Origin: a virus
Strand: one strand, 5' to 3'
Virus record (IMG/VR): IMGVR_UViG_3300009790_002068
Coordinates: 1 to 64,000 of that record
Length of the DNA stretch: 64,000 bases
The notes under the pieces were generated by a model, which searched no databases, was not told the DNA's origin, and saw only the letters and a program-made list of their open reading frames with translations. Below, one piece after another: positions 27,510 through 36,401 of the stretch. The position numbers and the translations under genes were made by a program. Position 1 is the stretch's first letter. Every line of letters begins with the position of its first letter.

Positions 27510-28196
27510 ATGAAGAAAAGTGAAGAAATAAAACAAAGACTAAAAGACTCAAATACAAAATTTTGGGCTGGCGACAATATTAGTGAACATTTAGAAGAAG
27601 GAGATAAACAAGCTCTTATCGAAGAGGCAACTGTAGCCTTTGAAAATGTTTTAGACAGTTTAGTAATTGATCGTGAAAACGATCCAAACAGTATGGACAC
27701 TGGAAGACGTATGGCTAAGATGTATATCAATGAGATTATGTCTGGTCGTTATAATCCAATGCCAAATCCGAATTCCTTTCCTAACTATGTAGAAGATGGT
27801 TATGAAGGAATGTTAGTAGTAAGAAGTGAACTAAAAAGTCTTTGTTCACATCACCACCAACCAGTACAAGGTGTAGCTTATATTGGTATTATTGCTGGAC
27901 CTAAATTATTAGGGTTAAGCAAGTATACTAGAATAGCTCAATGGTGTGCTATGAGGGGGACATTACAAGAAGAACTTAATGTAATGATCGCTAACGAAAT
28001 ACAAAAGCATACAGGTTCAAAAGACGTGGGTGTTTATGTACAAGCAACACATGGCTGTTGTGAAAATAGAGGAATAAGAGCTAAAAGTAGTTTAACCCAA
28101 ACTACGGTTCTTAGAGGCGACTTTAAAGATGTTTCAGCTACTAAAAAAGAATTTATGGATAACATCAAATTACAACAAGAGTTTGCCAAAGACTAA
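27510..28196 (+). CDS. folE: GTP cyclohydrolase I
   Basis: SLCSHHH, GLSK..R, LQEEL, HGC...RG motifs. Confidence 0.95.
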   Translation: MKKSEEIKQRLKDSNTKFWAGDNISEHLEEGDKQALIEEATVAFENVLDSLVIDRENDPNSMDTGRRMAKMYINEIMSGRYNPMPNPNSFPNYVEDGYEGMLVVRSELKSLCSHHHQPVQGVAYIGIIAGPKLLGLSKYTRIAQWCAMRGTLQEELNVMIANEIQKHTGSKDVGVYVQATHGCCENRGIRAKSSLTQTTVLRGDFKDVSATKKEFMDNIKLQQEFAKD

Positions 28197-28210
28197 ACCA
28201 AAAAGGAGGA

Positions 28211-28858
28211 ATGATGATAAAATCATTATTAGAAGGTGTTGATACTAAACTAGTTAGAAATTTAGTAATCTTACACACATTAGTAATTGCTGTTAGTAAT
28301 TACTTGGTTACCATCCGGTTCAATTTATTTCCGGGTGCCGACTTACCATTGTTTGGTGAGTTTCCACTGGCGGCGGCGGCATTTACGTTTCCGATCGTTG
28401 TGGTAGCAACTGACCTAACAGTTAGGCTAGTTGGTAAAGAAGCAGGAAGAGCCGTTGTAGCAATGGCTATTATTCCGGCTATTATTGCCTCGGTGCTTGT
28501 ATTATTGGCACTAGGTGATGAACACGCCTACAGAGTAGGTTTAGCAAGTGGTACGGCTTATGCTATTGGTACTATGCTTGACGTGTACGTTTTCCAATAT
28601 ATTAGAGAGAAGTATACTGATATGTGGTGGGCGGCACCGGCTATTTCAACTATCGCGGCCAACATCATTGACACTTATGCTTTCTTCTTTACAGCATTCG
28701 CTGGTTCAACAGATGCTGAAGGAAACTTAACGTGGATAGGCGAAAACTGGCATATAGTGGCACAAAACAACACACTAACTAAAATTGTAGTTGGTTTAAT
28801 TGTGTTCCTACCAGCTTATGGCGTATTACTCAATTACTTAAAAAATAGAGTAAAATAA
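28211..28858 (+). CDS. yhhQ: preQ0/queuosine precursor transporter (Vut_1 family)
   Basis: IAVSNYLV, FTFP...ATDLTVRL.G...R, RVGLAS, LDVYVF, IDTY.FF..AF. Confidence 0.88.
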   Translation: MMIKSLLEGVDTKLVRNLVILHTLVIAVSNYLVTIRFNLFPGADLPLFGEFPLAAAAFTFPIVVVATDLTVRLVGKEAGRAVVAMAIIPAIIASVLVLLALGDEHAYRVGLASGTAYAIGTMLDVYVFQYIREKYTDMWWAAPAISTIAANIIDTYAFFFTAFAGSTDAEGNLTWIGENWHIVAQNNTLTKIVVGLIVFLPAYGVLLNYLKNRVK

Positions 28859-28871
28859 TATACACAGATAA

Positions 28872-28897
28872 GAATAGGGGGCTTTAGCCCCTTATTC
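28872..28897 (+). terminator. stem-loop after yhhQ
   Basis: GAATAGGGGGC-TTTA-GCCCCTTATTC. Confidence 0.65.
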
Positions 28898-28941
28898 AAC
28901 TAAATACAGTTATAATAAAATGACAATCCGGAGAGTTAACA

Positions 28942-29490
28942 ATGGCACATAAAGAAGGACATAACGTTCCTTTCATTCAGTGGAAGATGAGAACAGACGG
29001 TGAGTGGGATTCAGTAGATTCAGATTTTTGGTTTAAGGATAAGACAGTAGTAGTATTCAGTTTACCAGGAGCATTTACTCCAACTTGCTCAACTCAGCAA
29101 CTTCCAGGATACGAAGATAGATATCAAGAGTTTCTTGACGAAGGAATAGACGATATCTACTGTATATCAGTAAACGATGCTTTCGTTATGAATGCTTGGG
29201 CAAAAGACCTTGGCATTGAAAACGTTAAGATGTTACCAGATGGTAACGGTATGTTTACTAAACGTATGGAACAGTTAGTAGATAAACAAGATAAAGGTTT
29301 TGGACCAAGATCATGGCGATATGCTATGGTAGTTAAAAACCAAAAAATTATTAAACAATGGGTAGAAGAAGGTAAAACGGATAACACACCAAACGATCCG
29401 TATTCAAACACAGACCCTGGTACTTGTATCAATTGGATCAAAGGTCCATATGGTCAAGACAAGTTGAATAAAGAAGAAGATAAAGAGTAA
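28942..29490 (+). CDS. peroxiredoxin (Prx5 type)
   Basis: LPGAFTPTCS, SVNDAFVM.AW, DGNG.F, RSWRYAMVV. Confidence 0.95.
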   Translation: MAHKEGHNVPFIQWKMRTDGEWDSVDSDFWFKDKTVVVFSLPGAFTPTCSTQQLPGYEDRYQEFLDEGIDDIYCISVNDAFVMNAWAKDLGIENVKMLPDGNGMFTKRMEQLVDKQDKGFGPRSWRYAMVVKNQKIIKQWVEEGKTDNTPNDPYSNTDPGTCINWIKGPYGQDKLNKEEDKE

Positions 29491-29529
29491 AACACTTTAC
29501 CAAACCTACCAAATGATGAACAAATTGAT

Positions 29530-29557
29530 AAGGGCGATTAATTCGCCCTTTCTTTTT
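29530..29557 (+). terminator. rho-independent terminator
   Basis: AAGGGCGA-TTAAT-TCGCCCTT followed by TCTTTTT. Confidence 0.8.
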
Positions 29558-29590
29558 GGAGAAATTTCTCCAATCTTTCCGTATAAAAGG

Positions 29591-29619
29591 TTGACCTTAG
29601 GTTTAAAGTTTGCTATAAT
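29591..29619 (+). promoter_or_regulatory. sigma70-type promoter
   Basis: TTGACC-17 nt-TATAAT with TGn extended -10. Confidence 0.7.
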
Positions 29620-29694
29620 GTATGGACTATGTTAGAAATGTTTTCTTTACATAATATTAGTAAACTATATAAAAACCTATGGAGGGTAATAACA

Positions 29695-29949
29695 ATGGCT
29701 AATACAAAAACAATCAATCAAAGAGTTCTAGAAGCTTTCGAAAAGGGACAAGAACTTACAAGTGCTCAAATCAAATCTAGATTTGGTGCTGGTAACCCAC
29801 AATCAGTAGTACAATCACTAAGATTTGCTGGCTACCCAATTTATCTTAATTCTAAGAAAACTGGTGCTAGTAAGTACAGATTAGGTACTGCTTCACGTAG
29901 AATTATTTCTGCTGGTTACAAAGCAATGGCTTCAGGAATTGATGCCTAA
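29695..29949 (+). CDS. winged-helix-like small DNA-binding protein
   Basis: GGAGG RBS before ATG 29695; G.ELT..QI..RFG..NP...V..LR..GY.IY pattern. Confidence 0.65.
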   Translation: MANTKTINQRVLEAFEKGQELTSAQIKSRFGAGNPQSVVQSLRFAGYPIYLNSKKTGASKYRLGTASRRIISAGYKAMASGIDA

Positions 29950-30271
29950 GGCTGAAAAGTCAAGAACTATTAAAGGTAAAGCGGTTTCGGCCGCTTTACC
30001 TGATTTTCACCTTCCGGTAAAAGAGTTCGACTACTATGTATGCTACTGGAAGGATATTGAGTCAGATCCTAGCTGGCGTGAGTTGAAGGAAATTCAAGCG
30101 TCAAAGCCTGCGACTTGTATAAGTACAGGATGGCTAGTAAAGAAAGATAAAGACGTTCATGTTTTCATGAGTGACTTTAATTTTAACAAAGAAGGGCTAA
30201 TAGGTGAAGGTGGATCAAGTACGGTAATACCTACTTCTTGTATCCTTAAACTTATTAAGGTAAAAATTTAA
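29942..30271 (+). CDS. hypothetical protein
   Basis: W.DI.S...W, C.STGWL, VIP..CI pattern. Confidence 0.65.
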   Translation: MPKAEKSRTIKGKAVSAALPDFHLPVKEFDYYVCYWKDIESDPSWRELKEIQASKPATCISTGWLVKKDKDVHVFMSDFNFNKEGLIGEGGSSTVIPTSCILKLIKVKI

Positions 30272-30543
30272 TGAAAGAATTCATTACTTTTGCGACGGCT
30301 TTCAGAACAATAGTTTTAGGACTATTGATCTACATCAGTGTTGTCATGACTGATATGAGGCATAAAATACATGACTTAGAATCGTATTTAGATTCGTTAT
30401 ATTTAGAAGTTAACATTTTATCAAATGAACTTGAACATCAAATTGACGACGCTAACTACTCAACAAGATTCTTGTTTGATCTATTACAACAAACGTATAG
30501 ATTGGAACAAGAAGAACAACTAAACGAACAAGGAACAGAATGA
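30271..30543 (+). CDS. membrane-anchored coiled-coil protein
   Basis: N-terminal TM followed by an acidic coil. Confidence 0.55.
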   Translation: MKEFITFATAFRTIVLGLLIYISVVMTDMRHKIHDLESYLDSLYLEVNILSNELEHQIDDANYSTRFLFDLLQQTYRLEQEEQLNEQGTE

Positions 30544-30743
30544 ACACAGGAAAAATAAAATGGTTTAACCCTACTAAAGGGTTCGGTTTTATTGAAACTG
30601 GCGAAGAAGGTAAAGACTTGTTCTTACACATTTCAGCTTTACAAGAAGCTAATATTGATCAGATCACAGAAGGTGAATCTGTATCGTATGAAATAGGTGA
30701 GAATAAAGGTAAGCCAATCGCTATCAATATCAAAAAACTATAA
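30540..30743 (+). CDS. cspA: cold-shock protein
   Basis: GKIKWFN..KGFGFI (RNP1) and LFLHISA (RNP2). Confidence 0.95.
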   Translation: MNTGKIKWFNPTKGFGFIETGEEGKDLFLHISALQEANIDQITEGESVSYEIGENKGKPIAINIKKL

Positions 30744-30766
30744 TATATAAAAAACTTTAATAAAGT

Positions 30767-30809
30767 GGTTGACTTTTGGCTTTAAGATGCTATACTATAT
30801 GTATAGTTA
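30767..30809 (+). repeat. early-promoter cassette, copy A1
   Basis: GGTTGACTTTTGGC-N5-GATGCTATACTATATGTATAGTTA; 41/43 identical to 43133-43175. Confidence 0.85.
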
Positions 30810-30826
30810 ATAAAAAGGAGCAAAAG

Positions 30827-31198
30827 ATGGCATACATTAATAAAGAAGACGTTCAAGCAATTCGTAAAGAACTTAAAGCAACATTTCCAAAATGTAAGTT
30901 CGGAGTTCGTAAAGATCATAGCTCATCTGTGAGTGTTACACTTAAACAGAGTCCGTTTAGTTTTAATGAAGATTACATACAAGTAAATCAATACTGGATA
31001 GATCAACATCATCCAGATCACAAATCATTTTTTAATAAGGTTATTGAAATAATCAAAACAGCACCAATCCGTGGAGATGGTTATAATAAAAACGGTTGGT
31101 ATGACAATAGTGATGCTATGACTGATTATTTCGATACTGCTTATTACTTCAATTTCAATGTTGGTTCATGGAATCAACCTCATATCCAATCTAGTTAG
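30827..31198 (+). CDS. LPD29-like early protein
   Basis: IRKELKATFP..KF.VR and DNSDAMTDYFD..YY; AAGGAG RBS. Confidence 0.65.
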   Translation: MAYINKEDVQAIRKELKATFPKCKFGVRKDHSSSVSVTLKQSPFSFNEDYIQVNQYWIDQHHPDHKSFFNKVIEIIKTAPIRGDGYNKNGWYDNSDAMTDYFDTAYYFNFNVGSWNQPHIQSS

Positions 31199-31212
31199 AA
31201 AAGGAATACATT

Positions 31213-31308
31213 ATGGAAGTTTTACTTACTCTGTGGGTCGCCGAATGGATCTTAGCTAACATAAGTCAGGAATTATTGTACGTCTGTGTCACAGGCTGTA
31301 CTTCTTAA
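31213..31308 (+). CDS. 31-aa hydrophobic peptide (absent from the ORF track)
   Basis: AAGGA RBS; MEVLLTLWVAEWILANISQELLYVCVTGCTS. Confidence 0.4.
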   Translation: MEVLLTLWVAEWILANISQELLYVCVTGCTS

Positions 31309-31313
31309 CAATA

Positions 31314-31400
31314 GCCCTCGTGGTGAAATAGGTAAACACAACGGACTTAAAATCCGTCGCCGAATTAGGCTTGCCAGTTCGATTCTGGCCGAGGGCACCA
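31314..31400 (+). tRNA. tRNA-Leu(TAA)
   Basis: acceptor GCCCTCG/CGAGGGC, anticodon arm ACGGA-CTTAAAA-TCCGT, long variable arm, GTTCGA, encoded CCA. Confidence 0.93.
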
Positions 31401-31402
31401 AT

Positions 31403-31477
31403 ATGGGTGTGGTGCTAATGGTAACACAGCGGTCTCCAAAACCGAAGATGAGGGTTCGATTCCTTCCACCTGTGCCA
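31403..31477 (+). tRNA. tRNA-Trp(CCA)
   Basis: anticodon loop CTCCAAA, T arm GGTTCGATTCC, encoded CCA. Confidence 0.88.
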
Positions 31478-31484
31478 AAAAAGA

Positions 31485-31562
31485 CTGCCCGTAGCTCAGC
31501 AGGATTAGAGCAACAGTCTTCTAAACTGTAGGTCGTAGGTTCGAATCCTACCGGGCAGGCCA
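31485..31562 (+). tRNA. tRNA-Arg(TCT)
   Basis: CTGCCCG/CGGGCAG acceptor, ACAGT-CTTCTAA-ACTGT, GGTTCGAATCC, encoded CCA. Confidence 0.95.
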
Positions 31563-31571
31563 ATATGTAGC

Positions 31572-31622
31572 AAAAATAGGCTTAAAATGTCGCTGTTTTA
31601 TTGACGTTTTTTGCCTATTTTT
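31572..31622. terminator. long imperfect inverted repeat after the tRNA cluster
   Basis: AAAAATAGGC...AAAATGTCG / TGACGTTTT...GCCTATTTTT. Confidence 0.5.
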
Positions 31623-31634
31623 CTACTATTTTTT

Positions 31635-31673
31635 GGTTGACATATTCTGTAAAGATGTTATTATAATAGTATA
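31635..31673 (+). promoter_or_regulatory. early-promoter cassette, copy B1
   Basis: GGTTGACA...AAAGATGTTATTATAATAGTATA; the 3' part is shared with 44965-44987. Confidence 0.75.
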
Positions 31674-31699
31674 AAGTTAACAAAAAGGAGCAAAAAACT

Positions 31700-31876
31700 A
31701 TGAAAACTACAATTTACGGAGTTTTATTTTTAATGTGTATGATATTTGCCGTTGGTTCAATTGACGGTCCTACAGGTTATGAAAGCAATAACTGGTTAGG
31801 TTGTTTAGGATTTGCCATTGCTGGTATTTTCTTTGGACTACTTACACTAAAATCACAAGTTAACGAAACTGAATAA
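31700..31876 (+). CDS. 58-aa two-TM membrane protein (absent from the ORF track)
   Basis: AAGGAG RBS; MKTTIYGVLFLMCMIFAVGSIDG...WLGCLGFAIAGIFFGLL. Confidence 0.7.
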   Translation: MKTTIYGVLFLMCMIFAVGSIDGPTGYESNNWLGCLGFAIAGIFFGLLTLKSQVNETE

Positions 31877-31895
31877 TTTATTAGGAGGTTATACT

Positions 31896-34800
31896 ATGTT
31901 TAAATTTAAATCAATTTTAATAATAGGTCTAGTATTTCTTTTAACTGCCTGTGGAGGCGGTGGTGGTGGAACACCTAGTGGTGTTTCTATTAGTCCTAAT
32001 AACACAACAGTATTAAGTACAAACATTCAAAACAATATAAGTGCTATTGACCATGCCTTAGAAACTTTAACAAGTGTAAATGGTATTAGTGCTACAAGTG
32101 TTGATAAATCAAAATTCAAATCAATGAAAGATGGCTTTGATGCTATCAAAAGTTTAAAGACAGAGTACGATAGTTTAAGTAGTGCTGATAAACTTATACT
32201 AGCAAACGTTATGGTTCAAGTAGACCTTGCTGGTTGTAAAACAGGAAGTGGTGCTCAAACATCTTGTCAGAAGTCAATGGCATTAAGTGAAGTTATAGAT
32301 TTTGGTTATAATATGTATACTAGATATTACGAGCCATATCAAAACTTTTGGACTGACGGTGCTACTACAGGTTATGTAGATGAAACATCATCAGAGTTTG
32401 CTAGTATTAAAGCAAGAGTAGAAGCTGACGAATTAAAAAGTAGAGATGATTTAGTATATAATGTTAACGAAGGAAGTGATCCTGTTAAGACAGGTGATCC
32501 TGAACACGTTATAGTAGAATATACAGAAGATAAAAAAATTGTAGTAAGTACAGGTTCAACTAGAACTGTTACAATTAAAACTGAAACAGTAACTTATAGT
32601 GCTGGTACAGTTTCTGATTATTGGCCAACAGACTTTGACGAAACAACTGCTTCAGGATGTAACTGTTCTAAAACATATACAAACAAGTATACGGCAACTG
32701 AAACTTATAATACTCATAGAATAGATACAATCACTTATAAAAGAACTGATACAAAACATACTTGGACTGATGGAAAGGTTACAACTGAATATGGTGAGCC
32801 AACAGTAACTAAAACTGTAACAGGTGACGTTGTAGAAACAGATGTTGTTCAATCAAACTTTAATACAACTTCTACACTTCAAAATACAACTAGTAATGCC
32901 GTAACTGAAACAAGTCAAGAAAGTATAGTAGTTCCAAATTATGATGTTGTAGAAAAGGTAATTATTTCTACAGATGGTACAAGAATTAAATCAACATATG
33001 ATTCAACTGTAGTTGAAGTAACTGGTACTGTTACTAAAACATATACAGACACATACCAAATCACAACAACTTATAGTTCATATAGAGAAGATACAGTAAC
33101 TTATAAAAGAACTGATACAAAAATTAATTATAGCGACGGAACAAGTAAAACTATAACTGGTACTGCTGAAAAGGTTAGTACTGTAACAGGTAACGTAGTA
33201 GAACATGACGTAACTGACAGTGAGCCTGTTAGAACTGCTAGGGTATTAATATCAACAGTTGATTCGAATAGTGTTGCTTATACAGACTCAGATGAAAACT
33301 TAGGTACTAAAACAATAGGCTATTCAAATAATGCTAATGACTTTTTAGATAGTGAAACAAGAGCATATTGTGGTAGTTCATATAGTGCTTGTTCATTAGA
33401 TAGTTTAACAGTTTTCACAGATGACAATCTTGCTAACGGTACAGGTACAAGTTTTCAACATATAGCAGAAGCAGGTATTAATGATGCTTGGGCTAGAGGT
33501 TGGACTGGTAAAGGTGTTAATGTAGGTATTATTGATACAGGTGTTAATATTCATCACGATGAATTAGATGGACAAATAGGCGGTGTATACAATAACGGTT
33601 CAACAGACTGGGACGGACACGGTTCACACGTTGCTGGTACTATTGTTGCTAAAAAAGATGGCAAAGGTACAGTAGGTGTAGCATTTGATTCTAAATTGTA
33701 TGTTGTTAGAGAAACAGGTTTGAATTACAATAAAGAAGAGTATTGGAATTACTTTAAAGAAAATAACGTTGATGTAGTTAACGTTAGTATAAATGGAAGA
33801 TGGGACTATAATGTTACATTCGACGACAGTTATGTTGTTGGTAGTGATGTTAATAATCAAAACGACACTTATAAATCATTATCACTTATTGATGGTAATA
33901 AAAACTTATACAAGTGGAACAAGACATTATTCCAAAACGGTTCATACCACAATGTTAATACAAAGATAGCAATGGATGATGACGGAAACATACTTTACGG
34001 AGGCATAGACAGTATAGAAGCATTGAGTACATTTATGTCAGGAAGTGAAATTATATTTGTTAATAGTGCTGGTAACCAAGGTTATAGTGTGGCGGCGACT
34101 CCGGGTTGGTATGCTACTGTAACAGACGACAATGGCGATTTAATGCTAGACGGAAGAATGATTATAGTTGGTTCATATGATCCTGCTAGTGGTACAAACA
34201 ATAGCTATTCAAATGGTGCTGGACATATTTGTAGAGAAGTAGTAAATGATGTTTGTCAAGATGATTATACAGTAAGTGACTTTTATATTAGAGCACCAGA
34301 GGCGTTTACATCATTAGATAATGTTGGTAATGGATATATTGATATGTCAGGTACTAGTATGGCGGCTCCTGTTGTAACAGGTAGTATTGCTTTAGTTAGA
34401 CAGATGTGGCCACATATGACAGGTGAGAACACAGTTAAATTAATTTTACAAACTGCTGATAAAAGTTATGACGGATATGATGTAGGTGTAGACGGACAAG
34501 GTAGATTAGATATGGACAAAGCTACACAGCCAGTAGGTGCTACAGGTATTCCAACAGATGGTAGAACAACTGGTAATACTATTAGTTCAACAGGATACAT
34601 AGCAGGTGGTAGTTCAATACCAAATGAAGTTAGTTCGTTGATTGTAGAAATTGATGAAGCTAGTTTTAATAGAGAATGGTTAGTGCCAATTGCTGAAGCT
34701 CACGTTAATATAGATACTGCTTTCCATAGCTTTACAAATTATGCTGGTATGACTGCTATTGGTACAAATGACTTTGCTTTACATTTAACTGAAAATGATA

Positions 34801-35351
34801 CAAACAAAATTGCTGTCACATTAGACGGTACTACATTTGGTTATATCAAAGAAGAAGGACAGTATCTAGGAAAATACTTTAATGGTATGTTTGATATTGG
34901 TGAAACACAAACGGCTTTCTTACAAAAAGGTAATACTTGGCAGACAGGTAACAATACTTGGTTAAGTGCTAATGTAAATTTAGGATATACTCAAGTTGAA
35001 ACAGTAGGACATTCGCTAATTAACAGTTCAGATGATTTATTAAGTTACGGTTGGAGTACTCAAGTTAATCATAATGTTGATGAGAATTGGTCACTTACAA
35101 GCTTCTTAGCACAGCCTGTTAGTGTTGTTTCCGGAGACATGAACATTAATGCTCCTACAAGTAGAAATGGTGATACAGTAAGCTATACAGATACAACGTA
35201 TAGTCAAAAGGTTCAAACAGAAACTGATATTGGTATTACTGCTAAATTTGTAAAAGAAAACTTTAACTTTAGTATTGGTGGTGTTAGTAGATTTAATACA
35301 GTAAATGGCGACACTTATAACGTAACTACTTCCGTTGGTTGGAAGTTTTAA
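31896..35351 (+). CDS. S8 subtilase lipoprotein with Thr-rich repeats and a C-terminal beta-barrel-like domain
   Basis: lipobox LLTAC; triad IIDTG / HGSHVAG / GTSMAAP; oxyanion SAGN; ends VGWKF. Confidence 0.88.
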   Translation: MFKFKSILIIGLVFLLTACGGGGGGTPSGVSISPNNTTVLSTNIQNNISAIDHALETLTSVNGISATSVDKSKFKSMKDGFDAIKSLKTEYDSLSSADKLILANVMVQVDLAGCKTGSGAQTSCQKSMALSEVIDFGYNMYTRYYEPYQNFWTDGATTGYVDETSSEFASIKARVEADELKSRDDLVYNVNEGSDPVKTGDPEHVIVEYTEDKKIVVSTGSTRTVTIKTETVTYSAGTVSDYWPTDFDETTASGCNCSKTYTNKYTATETYNTHRIDTITYKRTDTKHTWTDGKVTTEYGEPTVTKTVTGDVVETDVVQSNFNTTSTLQNTTSNAVTETSQESIVVPNYDVVEKVIISTDGTRIKSTYDSTVVEVTGTVTKTYTDTYQITTTYSSYREDTVTYKRTDTKINYSDGTSKTITGTAEKVSTVTGNVVEHDVTDSEPVRTARVLISTVDSNSVAYTDSDENLGTKTIGYSNNANDFLDSETRAYCGSSYSACSLDSLTVFTDDNLANGTGTSFQHIAEAGINDAWARGWTGKGVNVGIIDTGVNIHHDELDGQIGGVYNNGSTDWDGHGSHVAGTIVAKKDGKGTVGVAFDSKLYVVRETGLNYNKEEYWNYFKENNVDVVNVSINGRWDYNVTFDDSYVVGSDVNNQNDTYKSLSLIDGNKNLYKWNKTLFQNGSYHNVNTKIAMDDDGNILYGGIDSIEALSTFMSGSEIIFVNSAGNQGYSVAATPGWYATVTDDNGDLMLDGRMIIVGSYDPASGTNNSYSNGAGHICREVVNDVCQDDYTVSDFYIRAPEAFTSLDNVGNGYIDMSGTSMAAPVVTGSIALVRQMWPHMTGENTVKLILQTADKSYDGYDVGVDGQGRLDMDKATQPVGATGIPTDGRTTGNTISSTGYIAGGSSIPNEVSSLIVEIDEASFNREWLVPIAEAHVNIDTAFHSFTNYAGMTAIGTNDFALHLTENDTNKIAVTLDGTTFGYIKEEGQYLGKYFNGMFDIGETQTAFLQKGNTWQTGNNTWLSANVNLGYTQVETVGHSLINSSDDLLSYGWSTQVNHNVDENWSLTSFLAQPVSVVSGDMNINAPTSRNGDTVSYTDTTYSQKVQTETDIGITAKFVKENFNFSIGGVSRFNTVNGDTYNVTTSVGWKF

Positions 35352-35364
35352 TTAAGGAGAAAAA

Positions 35365-35559
35365 ATGGATTGGTATACAACTGGATGGCTACTTGCTGTT
35401 TATACTATAGGAACATTATTTGGTTATAGAATGGCTTATAGAAAGAACTTTGTTATTATTTCAGAAACTATAGACGGCCTAAGACGTGCTGGCTTTCTAA
35501 AAGTTAAAGAAACAGGTGATGACAATTATGAAATATTAAAGGTAAAACAAAATGATTAA
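35365..35559 (+). CDS. small membrane protein
   Basis: AAGGAG RBS; N-terminal TM. Confidence 0.6.
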   Translation: MDWYTTGWLLAVYTIGTLFGYRMAYRKNFVIISETIDGLRRAGFLKVKETGDDNYEILKVKQND

Positions 35560-36031
35560 GAAGAAAATTTATACTTGGCGTGACGTTGAAAAAATGTGTT
35601 CACAATTACTTGTACAACTTTACAATAGTGAATGGAGACCTGACTACATTGTAGGTATTACACGTGGCGGTAATGTACCTGCTACAATTTTAAGTAATAT
35701 GACAGGTATTAGATGTGAGGCTGTTAAGGTTGCTTTACGTGATGGCGAAACAGGTAAGTCTGGGGACAGTATTGCTTGGATGGCCGAAGATGCTAAACTA
35801 GGCAAAAATATTTTAGTAGTAGATGATATAAATGACACTGGTGCTACATTTGAATGGTTATCAAAGGACTGGGGTCTTAACGGTGGCGACAATGTTCGTT
35901 TTGCTACACTAACTGAAAACTTATCAAGTAATTTCGACGGTGTTGATTATTACTGTGATGAAGTTAACAAAGCTGAAGAAGATGTTTGGCTTGTTTATCC
36001 TTGGGAAAATGTAGGAGAATACAATGGATAA
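35552..36031 (+). CDS. purine phosphoribosyltransferase (Gpt-like)
   Basis: GITRGG..PA, LVVDDINDTGAT (PRPP loop), WLVYPWE. Confidence 0.9.
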   Translation: MIKKKIYTWRDVEKMCSQLLVQLYNSEWRPDYIVGITRGGNVPATILSNMTGIRCEAVKVALRDGETGKSGDSIAWMAEDAKLGKNILVVDDINDTGATFEWLSKDWGLNGGDNVRFATLTENLSSNFDGVDYYCDEVNKAEEDVWLVYPWENVGEYNG

Positions 36032-36284
36032 GACTCAATACAAAACTTACACTTGTACATATAAAGTAGAATGGCCTATAGATGAATTTGGTCGAATTGG
36101 TGGTATGTACAGTTTAGCCGACTTGCCAATCGCTGGCTATGTCGAAATGGAACGAAAGGGTACTTTGCTATCCCAAGATTCTAAACGTGAAATGTATCAA
36201 GTACAAGATTCAGAAAGAATGTTTGTTAAAAGAGTAGTTCCTTTTGACAAGGTCACAGATATTAAAGAGTTGGAAAATGGGTAG
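36024..36284 (+). CDS. hypothetical protein
   Basis: AGGAG RBS; overlapping start. Confidence 0.6.
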   Translation: MDKTQYKTYTCTYKVEWPIDEFGRIGGMYSLADLPIAGYVEMERKGTLLSQDSKREMYQVQDSERMFVKRVVPFDKVTDIKELENG

Positions 36285-36294
36285 GATAAATATA

Positions 36295-36324
36295 TTGACA
36301 ACCCCCCATATTATCTGTTATAAT
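36295..36324 (+). promoter_or_regulatory. sigma70-type promoter of the queD-clpP-queE unit
   Basis: TTGACA-18 nt-TATAAT with TGn; TAAATA also present at 36287. Confidence 0.75.
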
Positions 36325-36338
36325 AATGACATGAAACT

Positions 36339-36376
36339 AGACGTCTACAATGGGATCATCCGTCTTAAAAAATTCT
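36339..36376 (+). ncRNA. candidate preQ1-I-like riboswitch aptamer
   Basis: P1 AGACG/CGTCT, loop ending CATC, A-rich linker TAAAAA, potential P2 GGGAT/ATTCT; lies in the queD 5' UTR. Confidence 0.55.
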
Positions 36377-36401
36377 GCTCCTTAATTAGAGAGGAAAAAT
36401 A

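Noticed and set aside
31273-31563. ORFs 31273-31563 (-) and 31286-31531 (+)
   Set aside because: They overlie three clear tRNA genes and are translation artefacts
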